Assembly (NCBI GenBank): GCA_039810585.1
Contig: JBDHXF010000003.1
Location: 13,127-77,126, forward strand
Reading direction: 5' to 3'
Source: Chlorobiota bacterium
GTDB lineage: Bacteria > Bacteroidota > Ignavibacteria > Kapaibacteriales > NICIL-2
DNA length: 64,000 nucleotides
The notes below the pieces were generated by a model, which was not told the DNA's origin, searched no databases, and worked only from the letters and a program-made list of their open reading frames with translations. The translations under genes were made by a program, and so were the position numbers. This document shows, piece after piece, positions 19,617 to 29,644 of the stretch (its first letter is position 1; the number at the start of each line of letters is the position of its first letter).

Positions 19617-20738
19617 ATGTTTGAACAGCTACTTGTTGTGGATTTCTCCAGTGTTCTGGCCGGACCTGTCGTTGGTCAGTTTCTTGCAGAGCTAGGCGCC
19701 AGGGTCGTAAAAATTGAAAACGCGATTACGGGGGGAGACGTTAGCAGACGGTGGAAACTAGCCACGGAGCCTGAAGACGACGATCGCTCGGCGTACTTCC
19801 TGAGTGCAAATGCAGGTAAGGAATCTCTTGCCCTAAACTTGGATGTACCGGAAGATCGGGAGCTCTGTCGTCAGCTGGTTGCTAAGGCAGATATTCTCAT
19901 TCACAACTTCAAACCGGGAGATGAGCGTCGATGGAACCTTGATTATGAACATTGTCGCCAGCTCAATCACAAACTCATCTACGCCTCCATCGATGGTTTC
20001 GGACCTGATAACCCAAGGGTTGGATATGACGCTGTGATTCAAGCAGAAAGCGGCTTTATGGCGATCAACGGGCAGGAAGGTTCAGCTCCCACCAAATTGC
20101 CGGTGGCATTGATGGACGTGTTGGCGGCGCAGCAGCTGAGGCAAGCAATACTGCTTGCATTGTTGCATCGTGAACGGAGCGGTGAAGGGTCGAGTTGTAG
20201 TTGCTCACTGTGGGATGCGGCCATCAGTGCCCTCGTCAATCAAGCGTCAAACGTGCTCAACGCGGGCTGGGAGCCACGTCAGCAGGGTAGCGATCATCCC
20301 AACATCGCTCCCTATGGGACACTCTATCGTACTCATGACGGGAGGTGGATAAGTTTTGCGGTTGGAACCGACACTCAATTTGGGGGACTCTGCGAAGTGT
20401 TGAGCCTTGAACCCAGGCCGGAGTTTGCTACAAATGCCAAACGCGTACGACACCGAAACGAGCTGAGTGAATGTATCAGGACAGCCGTTCTGGAATGGAC
20501 GGCAGATAATTTGATACGAGTGTGTCGCGAGCGCGATATCCCTATTTCACCGGTTCGGACGGTCTCCGAGGCGTTAGCGCAAGAGGAATCTCAGCGTTTA
20601 CTCTCGTATGCAGATCAAACCGCGATCCTACGCACCATGGCATTTCGCTGTAGCTTCTTAGCGACGCCGATATCGATGCACCCTGCACCGCATTACAATG
20701 AGCACGGGGAAAAACTCAGAGCGGAATTTTCATCCTGA
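19617..20738 (+). CDS. CoA-transferase family III protein (CaiB/BaiF-like)
   Basis: N-terminus LVVDFSSVLAGPVVGQFLAELGARVVKIE, followed by a conserved central Asp-containing region. I chose the ATG at 19617 as the start. Confidence 0.75.
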   Translation: MFEQLLVVDFSSVLAGPVVGQFLAELGARVVKIENAITGGDVSRRWKLATEPEDDDRSAYFLSANAGKESLALNLDVPEDRELCRQLVAKADILIHNFKPGDERRWNLDYEHCRQLNHKLIYASIDGFGPDNPRVGYDAVIQAESGFMAINGQEGSAPTKLPVALMDVLAAQQLRQAILLALLHRERSGEGSSCSCSLWDAAISALVNQASNVLNAGWEPRQQGSDHPNIAPYGTLYRTHDGRWISFAVGTDTQFGGLCEVLSLEPRPEFATNAKRVRHRNELSECIRTAVLEWTADNLIRVCRERDIPISPVRTVSEALAQEESQRLLSYADQTAILRTMAFRCSFLATPISMHPAPHYNEHGEKLRAEFSS

Positions 20739-20756
20739 TTCAGTACGTTGCTCTTT

Positions 20757-22166
20757 TTAGCGCGCTTCGTGCATCACGCTCTCGATGGCTTCAATACTAC
20801 GAGGTAGCGCAGCACTCATGACGACCGGATCTGAGTCGGTTACGAGGATATCGTCTTCGATACGAATCCCAATATTCCACCACTTGGGATCACAACTACT
20901 CCCTGCGGGGATATAAACTCCCGGCTCAACGGTCATCACAACTCCGGGTTTGAGGGCATTTCCTGTCCCAAGGTCGTGTACGTCCAAACCAAGATAGTGT
21001 GATGTGCCGTGCATAAAGTACTGGCTGACATCCGAAGAATCCTGAATAATTCCTAGTCTGAGCAAACCGCGGCGCACCACCGACATGGCTGCGCGGTGTG
21101 ACGCTTTGAAAGCATTGCCTGCACGACAGGCGGCGATTCCGGAGTCTTGCGCTTCCAGCACAATCGAATAAATAGCGCGTTGCTCGGCGCTGAAGCTTCC
21201 GTTAATAGGAAAGGTGCGGGTGATATCGGCGGTATAGCCGTGGTACTCCGCTCCGCAATCGGCTAGGATCATGTCGCCATTGCGCGTGCATTTGCGATTC
21301 GTTTCGTAGTGCAGAATACACGAGTTATATCCGCTTCCCACGATACTCGGATAGCCCACATCCTCAGAACCACCTTTGGTGAATTCGTATTGCATCAGGG
21401 CTTCCAGCTCGTACTCATGCATACCGGGGCGTGCTCCCTTCATCGTCGCTAGGTGTCCTTGAATACTGATGTCGATGGCTTTCTGCAACAAGCGCAACTC
21501 CGAGCTGTCCTTTAGCTCGCGCATCTCCGCCAGATCCTTGAGGTTGGTTCGAATGTAGAGATCCGGATGCGAGACGTGTAGAGCATCCTTTGCCGCCTGT
21601 TCAACCGAAACACGAGTTTTGCTCAGCGGATCGGTAATCGTCCCCGTTGGCATCGCTGAGGCAATGAACAAGGTATCTCGTCCGGCCAGTAAACTATCTA
21701 AGAGGGTGCTCAGGCGCGCGTAGTCTATCACGCAATGAAATCCAAGATTGGACTTCACTTCATCGATGCCCATTGTCAGGCCCGTCCACAGCTCGCGCGA
21801 GGGATCGCGAGGTTTGACAAAAAAGCATTCGTTCACTATCTGGCCGTCGATGTTGGCTCCGCCGGGGATCAGTACGAGAGCAGTTGAGGCCTGACGGCAG
21901 CCGCTTAGGTACAGGAGATTCGAGTTTTGCCGGTACTCATAGTCTACGTCATTCTGCCGATTGCGCACGTCGGCACTTAATAGAACAATCAGACTCTTCG
22001 GGCTATGCCGTTCCACAATGGCTGTACGCCTGGCTTGAAGTACTGAAGGCGGACACTGATCGTGGTCTTCCACAACATAAGGTCTTGCACGCTGCGCCTG
22101 TACCGTGGAATTTGTCCAGAACACAAAGGAGCAAACAAAGCAGAAGAGGATGGCGAGTGCCTTCAT
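20757..22166 (-). CDS. Xaa-Pro aminopeptidase (M24B, PepP-like), secreted
   Basis: Signal peptide MKALAILFCFVCSFVFWTNSTVQAQ. The C-terminal creatinase/prolidase fold reads HGTSHYLGLDVHD...GMVMTVEPGVY...IRIEDDILV. Confidence 0.8.
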   Translation of the reverse strand: MKALAILFCFVCSFVFWTNSTVQAQRARPYVVEDHDQCPPSVLQARRTAIVERHSPKSLIVLLSADVRNRQNDVDYEYRQNSNLLYLSGCRQASTALVLIPGGANIDGQIVNECFFVKPRDPSRELWTGLTMGIDEVKSNLGFHCVIDYARLSTLLDSLLAGRDTLFIASAMPTGTITDPLSKTRVSVEQAAKDALHVSHPDLYIRTNLKDLAEMRELKDSSELRLLQKAIDISIQGHLATMKGARPGMHEYELEALMQYEFTKGGSEDVGYPSIVGSGYNSCILHYETNRKCTRNGDMILADCGAEYHGYTADITRTFPINGSFSAEQRAIYSIVLEAQDSGIAACRAGNAFKASHRAAMSVVRRGLLRLGIIQDSSDVSQYFMHGTSHYLGLDVHDLGTGNALKPGVVMTVEPGVYIPAGSSCDPKWWNIGIRIEDDILVTDSDPVVMSAALPRSIEAIESVMHEAR

Positions 22167-22307
22167 AACTCGGTGCGGGAAGTGGTTAACAGTGTAAACA
22201 CAAGAGAAGAATATCGGCTGCAAAATAGACAGGGACAGATCTTCACGGTTACTTCATTTAGACCGACATTCTATGTGATGGTGCAGGATCAAACTTCACA
22301 GTCATTG

Positions 22308-22340
22308 TAATACGTACGGCGCTTTGCGCCGTACGTATTA
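22308..22340. terminator. Perfect 15-bp inverted repeat (TAATACGTACGGCGC ttt GCGCCGTACGTATTA), a terminator or operator-like element between comF and pepP
   Basis: Seen directly. It is flanked by an A-run on the plus side (22341-22345) and lies 10 nt downstream of the comF stop. Confidence 0.4.
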
Positions 22341-22350
22341 AAAATCATTG

Positions 22351-23109
22351 CTACTCAGCTTTGGCTACCGTGGCAGCGTCTACCTGGCGGGCTCCGGCTT
22401 CGAGCAACGTTGATGCTATGGCATTCAACGTAGCACCGGTTGTCAGTACATCGTCAACAATCAGTATGCGAGCATTGTGCACGGCTGTTTGTGCGCCGCT
22501 CACCTGAAACGCAGAAGCGACGTTCGACATGCGTTCGTTGTTCCGCTTTCGAGTTTGACTTGCCGTGTAGTGCGTGCGTCGAATCAAGGTGGTGCACACC
22601 GGCACATCCATACGTGCGGAAATGCCCTCGGCGATACTCTGTGCTTGATTGTATCCGCGCTCACGTTGGCGAGCAGCATGAATGGGAACCGGAACGATGC
22701 ACGAATATCCCTCCATGGCGTGCAGGCTTAAAATGGCAGACACCTCAGTGCCAAGATAAAAGCCCAATCGATGGAGACCTCTGTACTTCAGCGCGTGCAT
22801 CATGTGCAGCACCGGATCATCTCTGTGGCGAGTAACGGAGTAGCGCGAGCAAAGAGCCGTGAGACTGAGGCGATCATCTCTTATGTGCGATAACACATCG
22901 TTGTAGATGTATTCGGGCGCGGGCGCGCTTTCCAAGCGTGTGCTGCACTCAAAGCAGAGGTAGGGGTTGGTAAAGGATACGCGGTTTTGTACTAGTCGTC
23001 CGCAGGCAACGCAGCTCAAGGGGAGCACAAAATCTAGTACGGAACGAAGGAGCTCCTGAGATTTCTTCCATGGTCCCGAGGATATATCACTTTTCAACAC
23101 CATAGCCAC
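22351..23109 (-). CDS. ComF family protein (phosphoribosyltransferase domain)
   Basis: N-terminal Cys-rich zinc ribbon (CVACGRLV...CFEC) and a C-terminal PRTase motif ILIVDDVLTTGATL. Confidence 0.75.
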   Translation of the reverse strand: MAMVLKSDISSGPWKKSQELLRSVLDFVLPLSCVACGRLVQNRVSFTNPYLCFECSTRLESAPAPEYIYNDVLSHIRDDRLSLTALCSRYSVTRHRDDPVLHMMHALKYRGLHRLGFYLGTEVSAILSLHAMEGYSCIVPVPIHAARQRERGYNQAQSIAEGISARMDVPVCTTLIRRTHYTASQTRKRNNERMSNVASAFQVSGAQTAVHNARILIVDDVLTTGATLNAIASTLLEAGARQVDAATVAKAE

Positions 23110-23167
23110 TGTTCCTACTTCGATCCCAAGAATTTGCGAATTTTGTCAACATCTTCTCTTTACGCTC

Positions 23168-23587
23168 ATGCCCTCGTACATTCCTCGTGCCATAAGCCGA
23201 CCTCAGCCCTATCTCATTCGTTTTGATTGGGATGATGGAAGCTCAAGTACAATCCTTCTGGAGAAATTCCGCGAAGCCTGTCCTTGTGCGGTCTGCAAGG
23301 GCGAAACCATTATGGGCACAACCTACTTTGTGGGCATCAAACAGTTTGTGCCCGGCATGAACGAGCTCGTGGATCTGGTGGTGACGGGAAATTACGGAGT
23401 CCAGGCGATCTGGAAAGACGGGCATGACTCCGGCATTTACACGTGGCAAATGCTGCGTGACGTAGCCAAAGAACATGCCCTGTCGGACACGCAACTTCAG
23501 GCACTCGAAAGGGAAGTTTCCGCCTCACGAACGGCCGAGTCTGCGTCGAAAAATGGACACAACATTTCCGATAAACATGGTGCATAA
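23168..23587 (+). CDS. DUF971 (gamma-butyrobetaine hydroxylase-like N-terminal domain) protein
   Basis: 139 aa. The segment WDDGSSSTILLEKFREACPCAVCKGE resembles DUF971 family signatures. Confidence 0.55.
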   Translation: MPSYIPRAISRPQPYLIRFDWDDGSSSTILLEKFREACPCAVCKGETIMGTTYFVGIKQFVPGMNELVDLVVTGNYGVQAIWKDGHDSGIYTWQMLRDVAKEHALSDTQLQALEREVSASRTAESASKNGHNISDKHGA

Positions 23588-23642
23588 GCGCCACTCGAAG
23601 GCTTGACAAAGCATTACCTTTTGAATTCTGAATGATACTCTT

Positions 23643-25313
23643 ATGACCGGCACACCTTCACATTCTCGCATAGTACGCTCTCCTCGCGGATCAGAACTCC
23701 ATTGTAAAAACTGGCAGATCGAGGCAGCATACCGCATGATTCAGAACAATCTGGATCCGGATAATGCCGAACGACCGGAGGATTTGGTGGTGTACGGAGG
23801 ACTTGGGAAAGCAGCGCGAAACTGGGAGTGTTTCGATGCAATTCTGGCTTCGCTGCGGGAATTGAATGAAGATGAAACCTTGTTGGTGCAGTCCGGAAAG
23901 CCGGTCGGTATTGTTCCTACGCATGTTGATGCGCCGAGGGTCATTATCGCCAATTCCAATCTCGTGCCGAAGTGGGCAACATGGGAGGAGTTCCGACGAT
24001 TAGATGCCTTAGGGCTAATGATGTATGGCCAGATGACTGCCGGGAGCTGGATCTACATTGGAACGCAGGGAATAGTGCAAGGGACCTATGAGACCTTTGC
24101 CGAGTGCGGACGTCAACACTTTGGAGGAAGTCTGCACGGACAATTTGTCCTCACAGCCGGTATGGGTGGCATGGGAGGAGCTCAGCCCCTTGCCGCAACT
24201 ATTGCGGGTGCGGCAGTGCTTTGCGTTGAAATCAACGAACAGCGAATTGACAAACGCATACACGACGGTTATTGTCAAACCAAGACGCATTCGCTCGACG
24301 AGGCACTCATGCTCATTATGGATGCTAAGAAAGAGAGAAGAGCGTTGTCGGTAGGGCTGGTCGGCAACGCCGCCGACATTTTGCCGGAATTGGTTCGCCG
24401 GGGTGTGAAGCCGGATGTGGTTACCGATCAAACCTCGGCGCACGACCCACTAAACGGGTACTATCCTGCGGGACTAACAATGGCAGAGGCGGATGCGTTA
24501 CGAGCTGCGGAGCCGGACAAGTATGTGCGGAAGAGCGTGCATTCGATAGGTGAGCATGTGAAAGCCATGCTTGAATTTCAGCGCATGGGTGCCAAGGTGT
24601 TTGACTATGGGAATAACATCAGAGGCATAGCACGCGACCAAGCCGGCGTGCAGGATGCCTTTGATTTTCCGGGTTTTGTCCCCGCATACATTCGTCCTCA
24701 ATTCTGCGACGGTCGGGGACCGTTTCGATGGGTGGCTCTGAGTGGCGACCCGGCTGATATTGCAACGACCGATCAGGCGATAAAGGAACTCTTTCCGGAT
24801 CAGACGGATTTGCATTCGTGGATAGATAATGCTGCCGAACACATTGGCTGGCAAGGCCTGCCCGCGCGCATATGCTGGCTCGGCTATGGTCAACGTGCTC
24901 AAGCCGGACTACTGTTCAACGAGCTCGTTCGCAGCGGAAAGGTAAGTGCGCCCATCGTGATTGGTCGCGATCACTTAGACTGCGGATCGGTGGCATCGCC
25001 GTTTCGAGAGACAGAGGCAATGAAAGACGGTAGTGACGCCATTGCTGATTGGGTGTACTTCAACTTTGCACTCAACACGCTGGGTGGCGCAACCTGGGTG
25101 TCCTTACACCACGGTGGAGGTGTGGGCATGGGACTATCACTCCATGCCGGTATGGTTGTGGTCGCCGATGGTACCCAAGCTGCCGCAACGAAGCTCCAAA
25201 GGGTACTTAACTACGATCCTCTTATGGGCATTCTGCGTCATAGCGATGCCGGGTATGAACGGGCGCAGGACAACGCCAAACGCTTTGGCATTCGCATTCC
25301 AATGATGTCATAA
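23643..25313 (+). CDS. hutU: Urocanate hydratase
   Basis: 556 aa with a diagnostic N-terminus ([42 protein letters not shown]) and an NAD-binding [12 protein letters not shown] block. Confidence 0.93.
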   Translation: MTGTPSHSRIVRSPRGSELHCKNWQIEAAYRMIQNNLDPDNAERPEDLVVYGGLGKAARNWECFDAILASLRELNEDETLLVQSGKPVGIVPTHVDAPRVIIANSNLVPKWATWEEFRRLDALGLMMYGQMTAGSWIYIGTQGIVQGTYETFAECGRQHFGGSLHGQFVLTAGMGGMGGAQPLAATIAGAAVLCVEINEQRIDKRIHDGYCQTKTHSLDEALMLIMDAKKERRALSVGLVGNAADILPELVRRGVKPDVVTDQTSAHDPLNGYYPAGLTMAEADALRAAEPDKYVRKSVHSIGEHVKAMLEFQRMGAKVFDYGNNIRGIARDQAGVQDAFDFPGFVPAYIRPQFCDGRGPFRWVALSGDPADIATTDQAIKELFPDQTDLHSWIDNAAEHIGWQGLPARICWLGYGQRAQAGLLFNELVRSGKVSAPIVIGRDHLDCGSVASPFRETEAMKDGSDAIADWVYFNFALNTLGGATWVSLHHGGGVGMGLSLHAGMVVVADGTQAAATKLQRVLNYDPLMGILRHSDAGYERAQDNAKRFGIRIPMMS

Positions 25314-25906
25314 GTGGGGCTACTTACTCGACTCCCGATAGCTGCAATGAGAAAGAGATAGATCTTTCAGAGATACGCTCTTCCGGAATTCTGATTGCCA
25401 TCGATGGTCGTTTTTAGCTGCTGCATTCTGTCCATGATTTGATCTGATTTTCGGCTCCATAGTGGGGAAAACTTTTAGCAGGCGACCTGCCCGCAAACCC
25501 GCATAAAATCTTGTTTTTGAGCCATTTTTTCGCTATTTTTACCTGCTGCACTCAAGCTCCCCTGGCTTATCTCTCTACGACGCAACTGACCTAATCTTGG
25601 CAGTTGTTTGGGAAAGATGGAACTAGCCAAAATCGTCAGCACGATTGTGTTGACGTATCGATGGCAGCAAGGAGTCGCGTGACGAAGATAGGTGACAAAA
25701 ACAGCGTCATGGAAGTCGAGTGCAATGACGATTTGCAAACTCTTGTGATCTCATTGTTCTCGAAAAGAAACACACTGCTGAGAGCACGCCTTCCTGAAGG
25801 TGTATGACCGCAGCTCAACGAAAATCTACGGGTACAGCGGCGATCGAAATGAGGGGGAGTAGCTCATAGGCTGGTAGTATCGGGTCATTGACGCAGGTGA
25901 CGAGAC

Positions 25907-25963
25907 TCCGATGAGTTATCGGATGAGTCTCCGATGAGTCTTCAGATGATTCAACTGATGAAC
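25907..25963. repeat. Five tandem ~11-bp direct repeats (TCCGATGAGTT / TCGGATGAGTC / TCCGATGAGTC / TTCAGATGATTC / AACTGATGAAC) about 80-130 bp upstream of gyrB
   Basis: Seen directly in the sequence. The array sits within a 728-bp region with no convincing ORF. Confidence 0.6.
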
Positions 25964-26040
25964 ATTGTAACCGGTCGGATTTACCTAGCGGCAGCAGCAC
26001 AAAAGAGAAAACAATCCATCAATCAGAAAGAAGTAGGTAT

Positions 26041-28053
26041 ATGGCTCCTAAGAACGAACAGAAAGTAAATAATGGTTATACCGAGGAGAGCATCAAGGTT
26101 CTTGAAGGACTTGAAGCTGTCCGTAAGCGTCCGGCCATGTACATTGGAGATACCGGTGAACGCGGCTTGCACCATCTTATTCAAGAAGTAGTCGACAATT
26201 CTATCGACGAGGCATTGGCGGGATTTTGTCGCAGTATCAAGGTGATGCTTCATGCCGACGGTGCGTGTTCTGTCCGTGATGACGGTCGTGGAATTCCTAC
26301 CGGACCGCACCCACAGAAGAAGATTTCGACCTTGGAAGTAGTGATGTGCACCCTGCACGCCGGCGGAAAGTTCGATAAGAATTCCTACAAAGTTTCAGGC
26401 GGTCTACACGGAGTGGGTGTATCCTGCGTAAATGCGTTGTCGACGCGCTGCGAAGTAACCATTTTCCGTGAAGGAAAAATCTGGCGCCAAGATTACGAGC
26501 GTGGAATTCCTACCCAGCCGGTGTATTCGACGGGGAAGACGACGGAGACCGGTACGGAAACACGGTTCTATCCTGATGCCACCATATTCAGCACCGTCAA
26601 CTTCAAAGTTGAACGAGTGGCTGAGCGCCTGCGCGAGTTAGCCTTTCTGAATCCTGAAGTCACGATCGAGTTAGCAGACGAACGCGATGGGTATAAGCAA
26701 GTATTTGCTTATCGCGGCGGCTTGGTTGATTTTGTGCGTCACGTTGATGACGCAGTAACTGCAATTGTGAAGCCAATTGTCATCAGCGGAAAAGCAACGG
26801 GTGACAGCGGATCGGAAACGGTGGTGGACGTGTGTTTTGAGTATAACGACACCTATACCGACCGCATTTCGTCGTACGTCAACAATATCAACACTATTGA
26901 GGGTGGAACGCACGTATCGGGTTTTCGCTCAGCGTTGACGCGTACACTGAATACCTATGCCACTGCCAATAAGATGGATAAGATCTCGCTGAGTGGCGAT
27001 GACTTCAAAGAAGGCATCACAGCGATCATCTCTGTGAAAGTAGCCGAACCTCAGTTTGAAGGTCAGACCAAAACAAAACTTGGAAACGGCGAAACAGAGG
27101 GCATTGTTCGTACCATCGTGAACGAACAGTTGTCGCAGTACTTGGACGCACACCCATCCGTGGCGAAGAGAATTTTGGAAAAGGCTATTCTCGCTGCAGA
27201 AGCTCGATTGGCAGCCAAGAAATCGCGCGAACTCGTCCGTCGAAAGAACGCCCTTGAATCATCCATGCTTCCCGGCAAGCTCGCCGATTGTTCTCTGAGT
27301 ACGCCCGAGGACTGCGAGATCTTTATCGTTGAGGGTGACTCTGCAGGTGGGTCCGCGAAACAGGGACGTGACCGTCGGTTCCAGGCCATCTTACCGCTGA
27401 AGGGTAAACCTCTCAACGTCCATAAAGCCCGATTGAACAAGATTCTCGAGAACGAAGAAATTCGAATCATTCTTACGGCGATTGGGGTTGGTTTTGGAGA
27501 TGATTTCGATGCCGCGAAAGCACGATATGGAAAGATCATCATCATGGCCGATGCGGATGTAGACGGTTCGCACATTCGGACCTTGCTCATGACGTTGTTC
27601 TTCAACTATATGCGCGATCTCATCACCCTAGGGAAGGTCTACATTGCACAACCGCCCCTATATAAGCTCAAGAAAGGCAAGCAAGAATACTACGCCTTCA
27701 ACGATGCCGAACGTGATGAAGTGATTGCACGCATCCGGAAGGAAAAAGCCGAAAAGACAAAGTCAAAAGCCGCTGCAGCCGCGACGGCAACAGGCGAGGA
27801 AGAAGAGCCGGTTCAGGAAGGCGCAACGGCGGACGGCATCTTGATTTCACGATTCAAAGGATTAGGTGAAATGAATCCGGAACAATTATGGTCCACCACC
27901 ATGAATCCGGAAACACGCACGCTCTTGCTGGTCACGATCGACAATGCAGCAGAAGCTGCGCGCTTGTTTGATACTCTTATGGGTGACAAAGTTGAGCCGC
28001 GTCGTGAATTCATTGAACGTAACGCGCAGTACGTCAAGAACCTCGATGTGTAA
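26041..28053 (+). CDS. gyrB: DNA gyrase subunit B
   Basis: 670 aa. N-terminal GHKL ATPase (VLEGLEAVRKRPAMYIGDT...GLHHL), TOPRIM (EGDSAGGSAKQGRDRRFQAILPLKGK), and a GyrB-type C-terminus RFKGLGEMNPEQLWSTTMNPETRTLL...GDKVEPRREFIE. Confidence 0.9.
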   Translation: MAPKNEQKVNNGYTEESIKVLEGLEAVRKRPAMYIGDTGERGLHHLIQEVVDNSIDEALAGFCRSIKVMLHADGACSVRDDGRGIPTGPHPQKKISTLEVVMCTLHAGGKFDKNSYKVSGGLHGVGVSCVNALSTRCEVTIFREGKIWRQDYERGIPTQPVYSTGKTTETGTETRFYPDATIFSTVNFKVERVAERLRELAFLNPEVTIELADERDGYKQVFAYRGGLVDFVRHVDDAVTAIVKPIVISGKATGDSGSETVVDVCFEYNDTYTDRISSYVNNINTIEGGTHVSGFRSALTRTLNTYATANKMDKISLSGDDFKEGITAIISVKVAEPQFEGQTKTKLGNGETEGIVRTIVNEQLSQYLDAHPSVAKRILEKAILAAEARLAAKKSRELVRRKNALESSMLPGKLADCSLSTPEDCEIFIVEGDSAGGSAKQGRDRRFQAILPLKGKPLNVHKARLNKILENEEIRIILTAIGVGFGDDFDAAKARYGKIIIMADADVDGSHIRTLLMTLFFNYMRDLITLGKVYIAQPPLYKLKKGKQEYYAFNDAERDEVIARIRKEKAEKTKSKAAAAATATGEEEEPVQEGATADGILISRFKGLGEMNPEQLWSTTMNPETRTLLLVTIDNAAEAARLFDTLMGDKVEPRREFIERNAQYVKNLDV

Positions 28054-28125
28054 GCGGATTCCGTAAAAGCGATGCCTCATTGCCGAACGCTGCTTTATGG
28101 GGCAAACCTTGAACAATGAGCAACG

Positions 28126-28160
28126 AAAAAAGGCAACGTCGAAATGACGTTGCCTTTTTT
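28126..28160. terminator. Bidirectional intrinsic terminator shared by gyrB (+) and the clpB fragment (-)
   Basis: AAAAA, then GGCAACGTC, loop gaaat, then GACGTTGCC, then TTTTTT. Confidence 0.65.
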
Positions 28161-28205
28161 CATGAGATGGCCAGAACTGCATTGGTGAGATGCGCAATAG
28201 GGACG

Positions 28206-29519
28206 CTATACATCTGGTCGTGACTCACGCCGTAAGGCCTCACGCTCGATTTCCAGCTGACGTATTTTTCGCTCTACCGAGTCCAGCTCTTCCGGGAGGG
28301 AATCGATTTCGATGCGAAGTTTCGAAGCGGCTTCGTCAACCAGGTCAATAGCTTTGTCGGGTAAAAAGCGATCGGTGATATAACGGTGAGAGAGCTGTGC
28401 CGCGGCAACTAAGGCGGCATCACTGATACGTACTCCGTGATGCACTTCATAGCGTTCTTTGAGCCCGCGTAGGATAGAAATCGTGTCCTCCACACTTGGC
28501 TCTGATACGTACACTTTTTGGAAACGACGTTCCAGTGCCGCATCCTTTTCGATGTACTTCTGGTACTCGTCAAGCGTGGTAGCGCCAATGCATCGAAGCT
28601 CACCACGTGCTAAGGCCGGTTTGAGGATATTGGCGGCGTCCATACTGCCTTGGGTTGCACCAGCGCCAATAAGAGTGTGCAGCTCGTCGATAAATAAAAT
28701 GATTTCGCCGGCTGCATCGGCAACTTCCTTGACCACCGCTTTCAGACGCTCCTCGAATTGCCCACGGTACTGCGTTCCGGCAACGAGTGCGCCCATATCC
28801 AGAGCGACTACCGTGGTGCTGCGAAGACTTTCAGGAACATCACCACTCACGATACGCTGGGCGATGCCTTCCACAATGGCAGTTTTACCAACGCCGGGTT
28901 CGCCAATGAGGACAGGGTTGTTCTTGGTACGACGTGACAGCACTTGCAACACACGACGAATCTCGTCTTCGCGACCAATCACCGGATCAATCTTGCCCTT
29001 GCGCACAGCGTCGTTCAACACGCGACCATAGCGTTGTAAGGCTTGGTACTTGTCTTCCGGATTTTGATCTGTCACTCTGGAGTTCTTACGGAAATCTTGA
29101 AGGACGCGAAGAATTGTCTCTCGATTCACCCCTTGGTCACGCAGAATCTCCTGAGCGGAGGATTTCTGCTCGGTCATGGCCATGAGCAAGTGTTCAACGC
29201 TTACATATTCGTCCTTGAGCGATGTGGCTTCCTTAAAGGCCGTATCCAACACGGCGCTCATGGTATTTGAAACATAGGAACCGCTTTGCGCGCCGCCGAC
29301 CTTCGGGAGCTTTTCCATCTCCTCGTTGATCTTGACCTTGATGTAATTAAGATTTGCACCAATACTCTGCAGAATACCGGGCACAATGCCTTGTGCATCC
29401 TGGACAAGTGAAGCAAGCAGGTGCACAGGTTCGATCGACTGGTTATTGTAGGCAGAAGCGATCTCTTGAGCTTTCTGAAACGCTTCTTGCGACTTGAGTG
29501 TGAGTTTTTGAAGATTCAT
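28206..29519 (-). CDS. clpB: ClpB-like AAA+ chaperone, N-terminal fragment only (Clp_N + NBD1 + start of M-domain); truncated gene, possible pseudogene
   Basis: 437 aa. Two Clp_N repeats, Walker A GEPGVGKT, Walker B ILFIDELH, and an M-domain helix ([26 protein letters not shown]), then a stop. No NBD2 follows: only 150 nt and a terminator remain before gyrB. Confidence 0.8.
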   Translation of the reverse strand: MNLQKLTLKSQEAFQKAQEIASAYNNQSIEPVHLLASLVQDAQGIVPGILQSIGANLNYIKVKINEEMEKLPKVGGAQSGSYVSNTMSAVLDTAFKEATSLKDEYVSVEHLLMAMTEQKSSAQEILRDQGVNRETILRVLQDFRKNSRVTDQNPEDKYQALQRYGRVLNDAVRKGKIDPVIGREDEIRRVLQVLSRRTKNNPVLIGEPGVGKTAIVEGIAQRIVSGDVPESLRSTTVVALDMGALVAGTQYRGQFEERLKAVVKEVADAAGEIILFIDELHTLIGAGATQGSMDAANILKPALARGELRCIGATTLDEYQKYIEKDAALERRFQKVYVSEPSVEDTISILRGLKERYEVHHGVRISDAALVAAAQLSHRYITDRFLPDKAIDLVDEAASKLRIEIDSLPEELDSVERKIRQLEIEREALRRESRPDV

Positions 29520-29644
29520 ACGAGACCTCTCTTGTATTCACAGAGATGACGAATGGAGCGTCTAATCATTGGAGCAAAAAGTCCTCTCCACTCGGTCATC
29601 AGCACACTGCACGCCAAACGGATTCTTGAAGAGGATACTTATTC

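Noticed and set aside
25314-28053. Possible oriC adjacent to gyrB
   Set aside because: No dnaA, dnaN or recF neighbours and no TTATCCACA-type DnaA boxes were found. The repeat array has a different consensus (GATGAGT).
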